Source: the human T2T-CHM13v2.0 reference genome, Homo sapiens. Taken from it: DNA of 64,000 bases. The notes under the pieces were generated by a model, which ran no database searches, had not been told where the DNA came from, and saw only the letters and a list, made by a program, of their open reading frames with translations. How positions within the stretch are numbered: the stretch's first letter is position 1; each line of letters begins with the position of its first letter. Of the stretch, positions 28,913-43,551 are shown piece by piece. The stretch lies in assembly GCF_009914755.1 (NCBI RefSeq), contig NC_060929.1. One strand, written 5' to 3'. Both the position numbers and the translations under genes were made by a program.

Positions 28913-28990
28913 AGGAGGACGCGGGCTGGCAGGCTTGGTTCCTGGCGAGTTTCTAAGCCCCCGCCTGCGGTCTGAGGCACCGGCTGAACC

Positions 28991-29048
28991 ATGTCGGAGA
29001 TCCTGTGCCAGTGGCTCAACAAGGAGTTGAAGGTGTCCCGGACCGTGA
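28991..29048 (+). CDS. SPEF2: Sperm flagellar protein 2, coding exon 1 (MSEILCQWLNKELKVSRTV, phase 1)
   Basis: Recognised SPEF2 N-terminus. Donor A|gtgagt at 29049 keeps frame with exon 2. Confidence 0.95.
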
Positions 29049-29459
29049 GTGAGTGACCACGGCCAGGGGCGAGCGTCTGAGGGGCTAGCGGGGCGCAGAG
29101 CCTGCAGCGCAGCGCAGCGCACTCAGGGAAGGTGGCGGGCAGGGCGCGAGCTGCACAGGTGGGGCACCTGCGTAGCCGGCAGCATCCCACAGTGAGCAAC
29201 TCGGCTCGGCGGTGCCCCAGGTCCGTCCCGCCACCTCCCTACAGCTCACCCCAGCCAGGGCAAGGCCTTGTCACGTCCCCACTCTGCCGCTCTCGAGTTA
29301 CCCTTGTCACGGTGGGCCCAACCCGCAGGCATTCTGACTTTGTGATGTGGTTCTAGGCAATCAGAGGGTTTAGGAAGGTCTCCTTTGCTTCTGTGGAGAG
29401 GGAACTTTGCTGGACTTTGTAGTCTGACCCCAACGATGCCTCCTTCACATCACCAGAAG

Positions 29460-29640
29460 CAGAAGCATGGTGTGGTGGCTAGTCGATGAAATATGAAGCC
29501 ACTGGACAAGTTACAATACCTTCTCTGAATGTGTTTCCTTCTCTATAAAATGGACCTAATAATGCTTTCCATACTTAACTGACCAGCAGGGGAGGGTGGG
29601 TGAAAAATAAGTTAATGTAGAATATGTTAACATTTACAAA
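29460..29640 (+). mobile_element. MIR SINE relic
   Basis: gacaagttac..ccttctctgaatgtgtttccttctctataaaatgg resembles the MIR core. Confidence 0.6.
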
Positions 29641-30393
29641 TTTTAGTAAATTTTAAGCCCCAAATCACAAACTAGCTATTTCTGGTCACTATTGGCTCTT
29701 GCCCAAAGCTGACCTTATTCACCAACCTAATTTTATCCTAACCATGCAGTTGCCACCCAAAGTTTCCAAGTCTGACAACCACAGAGACAATTTTACATGC
29801 TGGCAGCTTCCTTGACTGCCCTGTAATTCTTCAGGAGTTCATTTTTCAGTTGGTTTTGTTTGTCTTTTTTTCTTTTTTTGCTTAAGGGAAGAGGTTTTCA
29901 GGGCAAGTCATTTCAGTCCATTTTCCCAGAAGAACTTGCTTAACACCAGCTTGCTACCAGAGAGGCAGTGGTGCCAGTTCAACCTTAGCTTATCTACAGA
30001 AGTTGCTAGATCGGTAGTGTTTCTGTGGGTGCAAAGTAGTTATTAATACTCTCAGCATGAGGATCTTTAGCACGGAGCATCTCCTGTTGCATTTCTTGAG
30101 GCATAAACCTCAGACTCTTTCTTTGTCAAATAACCATCTACACACTCCCTGTGAACTGCAATAAATTCTTTCCTGGTATTCTACGATTATCCCATTGTGT
30201 CTCCAACTGTTTATTTGCTAAAATATGATGGACTGAGGACAATATTTAGCATTTATTGTTTCTTATTCCTGTCTCACCATAGGAGCCAAAATAAAATATC
30301 ATGCCCTTAAGTTGTACTCTTCTAAAAGAAAAGCAGTTACATATTGCTTAGTTTAATTTAGTTCATTTATTTTATTAGTAAAAACCACACCCG

Positions 30394-30779
<386 letters not shown>

Positions 30780-31339
30780 TTAATAAAGATACATAAAATA
30801 AAAACAGTAGATGCCATTATAATTTTAATTAGTTTTGGGAATTTAGGTTTTGAGAGGTGGAGGATAAACATAAAAGGGCTGAAGACTAAGTAAGAATTTT
30901 AACAACATTTAGGCTATGGATAGAAAATTCCTGGCGTCTGTGCTCCTGAAGTGTAGATCTGGAAGCTAGCAGAGATGCCCCGTTCTAATGGAGTATTCTG
31001 CTTTCCATTCACTAGCAAAACGTATTAATTTTTTAATCTCAACTACTATAAGAGAGATAGAGCGAGAGAGTCCTTGAGGAGGTAACCAGATTCCACATTG
31101 TAAAAGGTCTTTGGGAACACACTTAACTGTGTTTGTAAGCCAACAAGCTAGGATTTGTGCACTCAAGGAAGCACATTTCCTGCTGCTGCTGCCCCATCAT
31201 TAGATAAACTGTTGTGTGGTGCACAATGGAAGGCTTTGGATGGTTTGTAGAATCTATCATGGAAGGACTGTGAGTGGGTGCAACCTCTGGGGAAAGTAAT
31301 CAGGCAATTTCTGGGTAAGGGAAGTGTAAAAAGCAAGAA

Positions 31340-32460
31340 CTTGGAGGTTAGACTGCTTGGAAATCTTTTGGACAAGTTATTTACCTAAATTTCATCATAC
31401 TTAAAAACAGCAATAATAATGATACCTCATCTGGTTGTATCAAGATTAAATGGGATATTAAATGTAAAGCATTTAAAATAGCACTTTGGACATAAATGCT
31501 AAATCCTACTTCTCAGCATCTATCAAATAAAAATAAAAGCACCAATATATAAGGATATTTGAACAAAGACGTTTATTGCTACATGAATTACAGGGGCAAA
31601 AATAAAAATTGGAAACAATCTGAGTATCCTTCAAAAGTGTAATGCTTGGATACATGGTGCTTTATTCATACTATGAATTGTTATGCAGTTATTACAAAGA
31701 ATTAGTTAGCTGCTATAACTTTTGGCTTAAAGGATATTTATGTATTTTTGTCAAGTAAAAACCAAAAGTTAGAGCTTATTGTGACTAGTATAATTATATA
31801 TTTGTACCAATTAGGAAACACACACTTATGAATATGGACATTTATATGAGCATGAAGAAAAGTATGGAAAGACATATACTGGACTATTGACTTACACATG
31901 AATTTTCATATTATGGTTTGCGTAAGTGTAGAGGAAATTGTGGAAGGATATAAACAAGTGTGTTATAGGGATTACCCTGGGGAAGTGGAAGATTGGTAGC
32001 TTTTCTTTATATATCTCTGTTATCTGGCTTGTTGTTTATATTGCCTTTGTAATTTGAAGGGAAAATTCAATATAGCATTAAAGATGAAAGGTCAAAAGAA
32101 GCCAAACATCACATGACAAAATAGGAGAAAAAGAGGTTTAATACTTTAGTTGAAATATCGTAAGCATATTATAATAAAGTATTGTGGGAGCTTGTGGAAA
32201 AGTTATATGGAGTTCAAATGAAGTCTACAAATGAAAGAATAATAAATAATTAAAGTTATCACTTATTGAGCATTTATGTGGGTATACCATACCCTGTTCT
32301 AAGCCCTTTACATAGATTTTCTTATTTAATCTTAAAAACAACCCTAAGAGGTATTGCCCTGGATGTTCAGGTGAGTCAGGAGGAGAGGGCTTAGTAATTT
32401 GTTCAAGGTCTTACAGCTAGTAGGTCGTAGAGCTAGAATTTGAACTTATGCTTTTAGGTC
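31340..32460. mobile_element. Ancient repeat cluster: MIR (~31340-31510), L1ME-like 3' relic (~31520-32080), MIR (~32260-32460)
   Basis: MIR-like gattaaatgggatattaaatgtaaagc; L1ME-like aattggaaacaatctgagtatcc; antisense MIR ttattgagc...aaggtcttacagctagtag. Confidence 0.55.
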
Positions 32461-34433
32461 CTATATTGTACATTAAAGTTTTAAACTTAGGCATGAATAT
32501 ATATGTTTAAGTAACTCTCAAATGTATTCACTTGAGCTCTTTTTATAAGGATTATTTTTCATTTGAAGTCACAAGAAATAGAAAAATTCAGCCATCTCGG
32601 CCTATTATAATATCATAGGGCATAACCTAATTCCTAGATGGTTAAGTGGCAAAATTGGGTGAATTATTGTTTGTTTAGAAGTGGCCCAGCCCATAGTTGC
32701 TTGTTGGGACAAAGAAACAGGAGAGAATGCCAAGCCTGTGCATTTGCTGCCTTATGGGGCTAAATAATGGTTCAGTTGTTGGAGGGGCAGTCAAAGCTAA
32801 TATGTGCTGTGTTTTACTTTTTCTGATCTAGAGGTGTTTCATCTAGATAGCAGTGACAGGTGAAATTAGATTAGATTAGAGTCAGAATTCCTGCCCCTCT
32901 GGCCTACAGTACTTAGGGAAGCCACACTGTTCAATAGTATTTTCCAATGTTACTTCTACTACCAAAAGCTTCTGAAATTACAATAGTTGTGAATTATTCT
33001 ACTGTTAAGGCATATTCCTATTTTAAATAAGGTTAATTAATATATTAGGATATATTAATCATTGCTTACATGATATATAAAAATTAAATAGATATATTTT
33101 TGTGAGTTTTAAGAGACAGTCTATGCTCCTTGTTAATTGGGTTTGGGTTTTTTCCAAGTGGGTTTCCATAAATGATTAATCTTTTCGTTTTATATTAAAT
33201 CTTAGTAGCATTTGTTTTTGGAGAGTGATATTTTCTACTCTTTGTCCCAAAGTTGAGGGGTATCCTCTCATGCATTAATGACACTTTGTTGATTTGGTCT
33301 TTTGTCCTAATATTTTCAGAAGGATCATAGTTTATTTTAAGAAAACATAGAGATATAAAAAAATCCCATTGAATATTTATTTTTATGCAATAGTTCATAA
33401 CGTATTGTGGTAACCTTACCATATTATGGAATCGTATAACTTTAGATCTGAAAAATAATCTTGGACATCATTTAATTCTTCTTTAGCAGATGAGGAAATC
33501 TAATCAGATGTGTTAAGAGCATTGTTTAGGATTATGCACCTAGGTAGTAGCAAGTTAGCAGGAGATTCTGGGCCTGCTGCCTTTTAGTTCTAGTCTTCTT
33601 TAAACCCGGAGTCTAAACCTTACACATTTTCTCATACTTAAACACTCAGAATCATTAGAAAATCTATTGCTTCTGACGTAAAGCAACAGATTTTGATATT
33701 TCCTGGCTAGCCTCGCAGCGTTTTTCTTGATTAAAACTTGGCTTTCATTGACTAAAAATTAATATAGCAAGTCTAGTAGCAGAAGGCTATTGTGTAAATC
33801 GAAGCAAAAATTTTAAGAAATGGAGCTTCAAGAAAAGACTGATGCTCAATATTTTCACAATTAAAGAGGGTTATAATATAGCAATTAAGATTTAGTTTCA
33901 GATAATAAATCTCAATTATGATAAAGCCTTCAAAGGATAAAATTGTGAAGACTGACAATCCTATTCTTTTACCAAAGGAAAGAAAACGTCAGTGTCCCCT
34001 GCCAAAGATCACAGGACACATCTGTAGTTGAACAAAGTTAGATTTATAGATTTGTTGTAACAAGGGAGAACATGAACCATGAGGACTGCAGGGCATCTCA
34101 GTAAGAGGGTGCTAGAAATGACTTGGACTTGTGTTAGGTGTTTTTGAGGAGGGTTCCAGGAAGTGGTGCCTTGCTGTGAAATTGGTTATGTTCAGCTGGA
34201 GAATGCCAAGGCGTAGCTGTGAGTACCCAGCCGGTTTCTAGGAACACCACAGCCTGATAGGGCCATGCTGGTTCCAAGCCTTCAGCAGGGTTTGTTTGTT
34301 TGTTTGTTTGTTTTTGTTTTTTATCTCAAATGAAAGTAAATTTTCTTGGCTTTTTAAATGTAGTTGATAGTGCAGGCTCGATCTTTCCTACTCGAGTAAA
34401 GGAGAAGTAAATGCCACTGAGCATAAAATGGTA

Positions 34434-34678
34434 TGGGTCTGCAGTCCCTTACCTAAAAAATTCTAGAATCCAAAAATCTCTGAAAACTGCAACTTTGTAC
34501 ATTATTCATTTGGCAGCAAAATCTGACCAGAAATGCCATAAGGCTGTTTAGTCCTTATTTATTTCACTGGATGTGTCTATTTAAATATTTTGCTGTAGAA
34601 ATAGACTGTGTTTAAGTACAGGTGCTTCCCCAGACCAGTGGGGGAGTTATAGCCTATCAGGCCTAAAGAGTGGACCTG
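34434..34678. mobile_element. Tigger-group MITE relic (MER46C-like)
   Basis: cccttacc..aatccaaaaatctctgaaaac..tcatttggcagcaaaatctgacc, ending ggacctg|ta. Confidence 0.5.
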
Positions 34679-34824
34679 TATATGAATGCCAGGAATTGCC
34701 AAATATTTGCTTTCTGAGTACTGAATTGTGTTTTAAACACGAATGTTTGTACTGTAATCATTAAAGATCTGTTATTTACAGTTTGTGTAATTAATATGAC
34801 CTGTTTTCTTAAATTAGAACACAG

Positions 34825-35060
34825 TAATAATAACAATAAAAATAATCACTGAGCTTTTACTGGGGACCAGGCAGTATGCTAAGCATTTTACATATAAGAT
34901 TTAATTCTCAAAACTACTCTTATAAGGTAGACCCCATCACTCTCTCATTTTTACAGATGAGAAACTATGGCTACATAGTTGCCCAAGGTGAAGCAGCTTG
35001 TAAATGAGCCACAAGTCTAACAGAGAATCTTTCTCCAGAACCTGTGCTCTCCTTATCACC
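34825..35060 (-). mobile_element. MIR SINE
   Basis: catttttacagatgagaaaact...ttgcccaaggt antisense MIR core. Confidence 0.7.
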
Positions 35061-35447
35061 ATGTGGAATGTGGATGGCTTTCTGTGCTTCCTCCAGCTGG
35101 CTAAGGGCCATTTTGATGGAAAGGCACATAGATCATTTCACCTGCTGTCCCAGCCTAACATTATCACAGAGGCCTGCATCAAAGATTTATTAGAAAAGGA
35201 AACTTTAGTGATGGGGACCAGGCATGTGGCTTGGAAGATTAGAGGCAGGGCTGAGAAGATTAGAGGCAGGGTTGAGTTGCTGCTAAATAATTTTAATCCC
35301 AGATGTAAGTAATTTTGGGTTTAGGATGAAGATTGTCACTGGGCTCCCATGGTTTATTTACTTATCATATTCCTCCATTGTTCCTTGTTCTGGAGTCAAC
35401 CTGCCTCTTTTTCCCCCTACAAAATTTCAATTGTTAGTGCAAATTAG

Positions 35448-35927
<480 letters not shown>

Positions 35928-38312
35928 CTGTCTTCTTATTTTATACGTTTTAGTGTATCAGTCCTAGTGTATACACTTTTTCTTCAGCTTTTTCTTTCTT
36001 TGTCTAATTTCCTATATGTATTCTTTTTTCTTTTTCTTTTAATTTTTTTCTCCAAGTTTCCCCTTTATTGCTTTTATCATTTGCTGTATTCGTCACTCAC
36101 TGTTCTAGTTTCTGCTGATGTGGTACATGGTAAATCTGAAGTGTCTTATGCATAAAAAGCTTCAGACAGATATTTTGATACTTACAGATTTTTTATAAAC
36201 TACTCTGACAATGAAGTACATTAAGTGTTTACTATTGTTCTTTAACCTTTATACTATAAACACCTCTATTTTATCCATATCATAATTGCCTTATTAATAT
36301 GCCATGCCATTTCAAAGGAAATGGGTAATGATTTTATTTTTCTGGTGACCTTTTTGTAGAAAATGGTTTGTTACAGACCGTTTGTCAGCCACACTGAAGA
36401 TGAAGGAAACGGATTTAGTATTCCCCAGTTATTCCTGGGCTAGACTTTCAGCATTCAGTCAACGTGAACAACAGGCACAGTGCAAACCCCAGAGGGAGGC
36501 AGGAAGGGAAAGAGATTACCTGAAGGTAACATAGCAACAGCTCTTGAACAGAAAGCAATAAGCCAAAAATTGGGACAAGACCCTGATGGCGTAGGAATAG
36601 AAAGACACAGATACATCCATAGATGAATAATGGTTCTATGTCCAGTGGCTCTTTAGAAAACTAAGGGAAGAATAGGGATAGGCTAGGGAGGAGAGAAGGG
36701 AAGAGGCAGACAGAAGAAAGCAACAGACAGAAGAGGTGAAAGACACAGCTAGAGCACCCTGGGTGGCACATTGAGGGTCATGGTGGCAACGAGAGCTTTG
36801 GGGTCTGTAAGGGAAGGAGAAAGCTGCAGTGACACAGGAGGAGGTGGCACACTTTTGCCCATTGGAGCAGAAGGAACCCTTTGGATTTCAGTTGCTTTAA
36901 AGACTACTGAGGTATGAAGCCGGAAGACACTTGCTGAATGACAGATGACATTTAGTATAAGATCAAGCCAATCTTCATTTTAGTAGCATCGAAAGGCATT
37001 ATGATATTCAAATGGTGTTGCGTTAAAGTCGGAAAAAATCAGTGCCTAGGTTATGAAGCTCAAGCTTAACTTGTGCTGTAAGGTGTTCCAGGCGGTACAA
37101 TAGATCTAGCTGAGTTATAGAGCTCAGGTATGCCATGAATTTCAAATTCTCCTGCTGGAAGCTTTAGGACATACTCTTCTCTAAGTATATTTTCTCAAGA
37201 GTTGCTTCAGTGTTTCACATTAAGACATAGCTTCGGAAGGACAGATATGACTGATAGGAAGGGCATCAAACCATCAACTCTGAAAGAATGTATCATGGGT
37301 TTAGAGTGAGATCATTCTGCCCTGAATAGTTTTAAAATGATGATAAAACTGGTCTGTTTGTGGAAAAGCTTACTAAAATCCACTAATAGGTGCCAGACTG
37401 TGGACTTTAAGAATAGATGCAATGTGTCTGTTCTCACATGAACTATAGCTGAACACAAGGTTATGTGATTGGAAGCTTTCATTTTCCTAGGGCTTATAAA
37501 AGTTTCATTTCTTTACTTGTTGCTAAAGTGATCCATAGACAAAAAAAGCATTGCTTCCCCTTAATGTTTTTTACCTTTTATTTTTTCTATTGCATATAAA
37601 AATTATGTAACCATAATTAATAGATTCTAATTCTAGACAGTTCAAGAGCTCACCCTGAGTACATAGAATCAGTGGGAACCATTGACATCTTTTTAACTAC
37701 CTTTATTATTGTATTGACTCAACTTAAGGATTGAGGTATTACTCTGAGTATAAAGGGTTTTGAGAACAGATATTAAGAAAGTCTTAGAGAAAACTGTGTT
37801 CTGGTATCAGACATGCAAAAAGTATTATGATAGGGTGTAATCTTTGGAGTGAGGACTGCACAGTGGCTGTTATGGAGCAACTTAGCTCAACTTCCTACAA
37901 CCACACAACCAAGCATCGCTTCTACAAATCATGAAGAAATGTTATTTCTTCACTGTCAATTAGCCACCTCATTATTAGTCAGACAGGTAAAATAGAACAA
38001 TCTGGCAAAACTGAATTTGTGATACTGCAATGACATATAATATTTTAACCGATGTTAAAATATTATATTTAATATAATATGTTATATTATATGTTAACCT
38101 GATGGAAGCAGGTTGAATATCTGTGGAGGATTTTGAAGTAATTTGAGAGATGATAGCTTTGGCCTATGATAATATAATTTATTTTGTATATAATCCTTAA
38201 ATATCATGTAAGTCTATATATTTTACTTTATAAGAAAAATACAAGTAACTCAAAACTAAGAACATTTTTTAAAAAAGCAAATCCTATTGAACACTTAAAA
38301 ATTTTTTTTCTC

Positions 38313-38618
38313 GGCTGGGCACGGTGGCTCATGCCTGTAATCCCAGCACTTTGGGAGGCCGAGTCAGGTGGATCATGAAGTCAAAAGATCGAGACCAACC
38401 TGGGCAACATGGTGAAACCCCCCTCTCTACTAAAAATACAAAAATTTGCTGGGTGTGGTGGCACACACCTGTAATCCCAGCTACTCGGGAGGCTGAGGCA
38501 GGAGAATCGCTTGAACCCAGGAGTCAGAGGTTGTAGATCAGGCCACTGCACTCAGAGGTTGTAGATTAGGCCACAGCCTAGGCGACACAGTGAGACTCCA
38601 TCAAAAAATAAAATAAAA
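38313..38618 (+). mobile_element. AluSc-like with rearranged right arm
   Basis: Dimeric Alu with an internal duplication at 38524-38574. Confidence 0.9.
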
Positions 38619-39452
38619 TTCTGCACTTATCATTATGTGCCTACTATGTGGCAGGCATGGCACCCAGCAATTCTCAAACACTGCTGCAAAAGAGAGCTAT
38701 TAATATTAAATAGCTCTCTGATATAAGATATAGATATGGTTATCTTTGTTCTAGACATGAGGCTGAAACTCAGGAAGATGAAGCAGCTTGCCCAACGTCA
38801 CACAGCTAGTAAGGGGCAGAGCCAAGATTCCAGCACAGGTATCTCTGGCTCTAAAGTCAGTTTTCCCCTGGGCTATCTCTCAGTAATTGCATAGGACAAT
38901 AACTGGGCCATAGTGTCCCCTCTGAACCATGAAGGAGAAGTTCGATTATGTTCAGGAGGTTTTATTTAAGAAGGTGCAAATGGCTTTAGTAAACTTTCCA
39001 TTGTTTTGCAGGTTAAAATGAGGTATTTGTTTAAAAGAAGTTAGCTTTCATCTCACTTGGCCAAAATATGCTGTCATCATAGGTTGTGTGAGTAACTAAA
39101 GTATTAGAGTATGATTTTATAAAATATCTTTAAGGCTAGTTTTTAGATCTAATGTTATTTATAAATTTTTTGGTAGCATTTTAAAAAAAAATTTTATCTG
39201 TTGTCTTTTCCTTCAAAATTTTGTATTTCATCAATTATTGATTTATATTTATTTGGGAATCTTTATAAAATATCTACTGTTAAATGTCAACCTTTTCCTT
39301 TGGTTATTAAAAGATGTTTCTAGAAATATATTCATGGCATTTTGAGTTCCAGTTAAATTGTGTAGTTTTTAGTGTATGTATATTTAAAGAGATCATTAGC
39401 TCTATGCGCAACATTGTATTCATGGTTTTTATCTCAATGTTTTGAAACTCAG

Positions 39453-39555
39453 GTCCCAAGTCATTTGCAAAGGCATTTTCCAGTGGCTATCTACTTGGAG
39501 AAGTTCTACACAAGTTTGAACTTCAGGATGATTTTTCAGAATTTTTGGACAGCAG
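39453..39555 (+). CDS. SPEF2: SPEF2 coding exon 2 (103 nt; SPKSFAKAFSSGYLLGEVLHKFELQDDFSEFLDS; calponin-homology-type domain)
   Basis: ctcag|GT acceptor and AG|gttagt donor; open frame, phases 1 to 2. Confidence 0.95.
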
Positions 39556-39572
39556 GTTAGTGAGATTATTCC

Positions 39573-39884
39573 TTTTTGTTGTTGTTGTTGTTTATTTGTT
39601 TTGAGACAAGGTCTTGTTCTGTTACTGAGACTGGAGTGCAGTAGCGTGATCATAGCTCACAGCAACCTCAAACTCCTGGGATAAAGCAATCCTCTTGCCT
39701 CGGCTTCCCAAATAGGTGGGACTACAGGTGCATGCCACCACGCCTGGCTAATTTTTGTATTTTTGGTGTAGACGGGGTTTTTCCCTGTTGCCCAGGCTGG
39801 TCTTGAACTCCTGGGCTCAAGAGATCCTCCTGCCTCAGCCTTCCAAAGTGTTGAGATTACATGTGTGCACCCCCGCTTCTGGAC
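39573..39884 (-). mobile_element. AluJ
   Basis: Antisense Alu (gatcatagctcac, ctcctgggctcaag) with (TTG)n tail starting ~18 bp after the exon 2 donor. Confidence 0.9.
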
Positions 39885-39951
39885 TACTCTTTACTTTTAA
39901 GAAAAGTTCATTTCTTTGGCATTTTCCAAAGTTAACTTCAAAGAATCATGA

Positions 39952-40449
<498 letters not shown>

Positions 40450-40579
40450 TGTTCCTTCTTTTAAGAGAAGAAGTGAAACAACATATAGTGCTTTGGGTGG
40501 ACAATTAGTATGATTATTTGTGTTTTAAAAATATAAAATAGAACTTAACTACTAATAAAAAATTCATAATGGTTTTTGT

Positions 40580-40953
40580 TTTTAGTGGCTATATTGAAAT
40601 ATAATTTATGTACCACAATTCACCATTTTAAAGCACACCATTCAGTGCTTCTTAATATATTCACATATTTAGTATCTTCACAACCATCGCCACCATCTAA
40701 ACACCCAGCATCTGGCACCTACTAATCTACTTTTCTGTCTCTATGGATTTGCCTATTCTACACATTTTATATCAATGGAATCACACAATTTGTGACATTT
40801 TGTGACTGGCTTCTTCACTTAGGATAATGTTTGCAAGGTTCACCCATGTTAGCAAGTATCAGTATTTCTTCATTTCTATTTATTTTCTCAATAATTTCGA
40901 TTATATGGATATACCATACCACATTTTGTTTATCTATTTATCAATTGATGGTT
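40580..40953 (-). mobile_element. L1M 3' end relic
   Basis: ttgaaatataattt...ctatggatttgcctattct...gactggcttcttcacttag. Confidence 0.75.
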
Positions 40954-41015
40954 ACAATCCTCTGTTGGTATTCTTGGGGTATTGGTTCCTGGACCCTCTA
41001 CAGATATCAAAACCC
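40954..41015. mobile_element. MER2/Tigger2-group MITE, one terminus only
   Basis: ta|caatcctctgttggtattcttggggtattggttcctggaccctctacagatatcaaaacc resembles a MER2 terminus. Confidence 0.6.
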
Positions 41016-41860
<845 letters not shown>

Positions 41861-42695
41861 GCTATTAGAATATATAAGTAACACTTATAACTCAATAGTA
41901 AAAAGACAATCCAATTTAACAATAGGCAAAGGATCTGAATGGACATTTCACCAAAGAAGCTAACACATAACTAATAAGGAGATGAATAGATGCTCAGCAT
42001 CATTAGTGTATTATTCCATTTTCACACTGCTGATAAAGACATACCCAAGACTGGGCAATTTACAAAAGAAAGTTGTTTTGGACTTATAGTTCCACATGGA
42101 TGGGGAGGCCTCACAATCATGGTGGAAGGCAAGGAGGAGCAAGCCACATCTTACATTGATGGTAGCAGGCAAAGAGAGAGGTTGTGCAGAGAAGCTCTTG
42201 TTTTTAAAACCATCAGACCTTGTGAGACCCATTCACTATCACGAGAACAGCATGGGAAAGACCTGCCCCCATGATTCAGTCATCTCCCACTGGGTTCCTC
42301 CCACAACATGTGGGAATTATGGGAGCTACAAGTTGAGATTTGGGTGGGGACACAGAGCCAAACCATATCAGTTAGTGATTAGGAAAATGCAAATCAAGAT
42401 CACAAGACACCACTTCATACCCACTAGGATGGCTATAGGCAGAGAGATGGAAAATAACAAGTGATGATAAGGACATGGAGAAATCAAAACCCTCTTACAA
42501 TGTTAGTGTGAATTTAACTAATTCAGGCACTTAAAAAAACTGTTTAGGTGTGCCTCAAAAGGTAAACATAGACTCTCAAACCCAACAATTCTACTTCTAG
42601 ATATATACCCAAGAGAAATGAAAACCTATCCATGTGATAACACAACGTTCATAGCAGATTATTCCTAATAGCCAAAAAGTAGAAACAACTCAGAT
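41861..42695 (+). mobile_element. L1M ORF2 C-terminal relic, inverted relative to the flanking L1M
   Basis: ggcaaaggatctgaatggacatttcaccaaagaag...aaatgcaaatcaag...atagccaaaaagtagaaacaactc. Confidence 0.8.
42007..42370 (-). mobile_element. THE1A/B solo LTR
   Basis: tgtattattccattttcacactgctgataaagacatacc...aaccatatca; TSD attag/gttag. Confidence 0.9.
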
Positions 42696-42697
42696 AT

Positions 42698-42950
42698 AGT
42701 TGGCCCTCTGTATCCATGATTTCCACATCCATGAATTCAAGCAATTGCAATTCAAAAATATTTGGGAAAAAAATTTCACAGAGTTCCAAAGAGCAAAACT
42801 TGTATTTGTCACAAACTGAGTACTACGTTGAATCCACAAGAATGAAGTAATATGCAGGCATTGTATTAGGTATTATAAGTAATCTAGAGATGATTGAAAA
42901 TATATGAAAGGATGTATGTAGATTATATGCAAATACTATACTATCTTATG
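42698..42950. mobile_element. MER2/Tigger2-group MITE, other terminus and body
   Basis: ta|tagttggccctctgtatccatg...tattaggtattataagtaatctagagatgatt...ttatatgcaaatacta. Confidence 0.75.
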
Positions 42951-42952
42951 TG

Positions 42953-43551
42953 AAACCACCTCAGCCTGGACTTCATTGTCCGTATCACTGTCAGCATTTT
43001 GGTCAAAGCCATTCAATAAGTCTCTAGGAAGTTCCACACTTTTCCACATTTTCCTGTTTTCTTCTGAGCCCTCCAAACTGTTCCAACCTTTGCCTGTTAC
43101 CCAGTTCCAAAGTCACTTCCACATTTTCGGGTATCTTTATAGTAGTACCCCACTCTGTCCGGTACCAATTTACTGTATTAGTCCATTTTCACACTGCTAT
43201 AAATATATACCCGAGATTGGGCAATTTATAAAGGAAAGAGGTTTAATTGACTTATACTTCCACATTGCTGGGGAGGCCTCAGGAAACTTACAATCATGGC
43301 AGAAGAGGAAGCAAACACATCCTTTTTCAGAAGGCAGCAGGAGAGAGAAGAGTGAGTAGCAAAGTGGGAAGGGCCCCGCATAAAACCATCATATCTCATG
43401 AGAACTCACTCACTATCACAAGACCAACATGGGGGAAGCTGTCTCCATGATCCAATCACCTCCCACCAGGTATCTCCCTAGACATGTAGGAATTATGGGG
43501 ATTGCAGTTCAAGATGAGATTTGGGTGGGGACACAAAGCTTAACCATATCA
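42953..43551 (-). mobile_element. THE1 internal region part 2 plus THE1C/D LTR (43174-43551)
   Basis: accacctcagcctggacttcattgtcc...ggtaccaatttac|tgtattagtcc...aaccatatca. Confidence 0.9.

Larger units (their letters stand above)
28600..29330 (+). promoter_or_regulatory. SPEF2: CpG-island promoter / first exon region of SPEF2
   Basis: The only extended GC- and CpG-rich non-Alu region in the window; it surrounds the ATG (gaaccATGt, A at -3). Confidence 0.85.

Noticed and set aside
28609-29356. Several 74-96 aa ORFs on both strands around exon 1
   Set aside because: Expected in a GC-rich CpG island depleted of stop codons; most have non-ATG starts and none resembles a known protein. The real CDS is the 58-nt exon at 28991.
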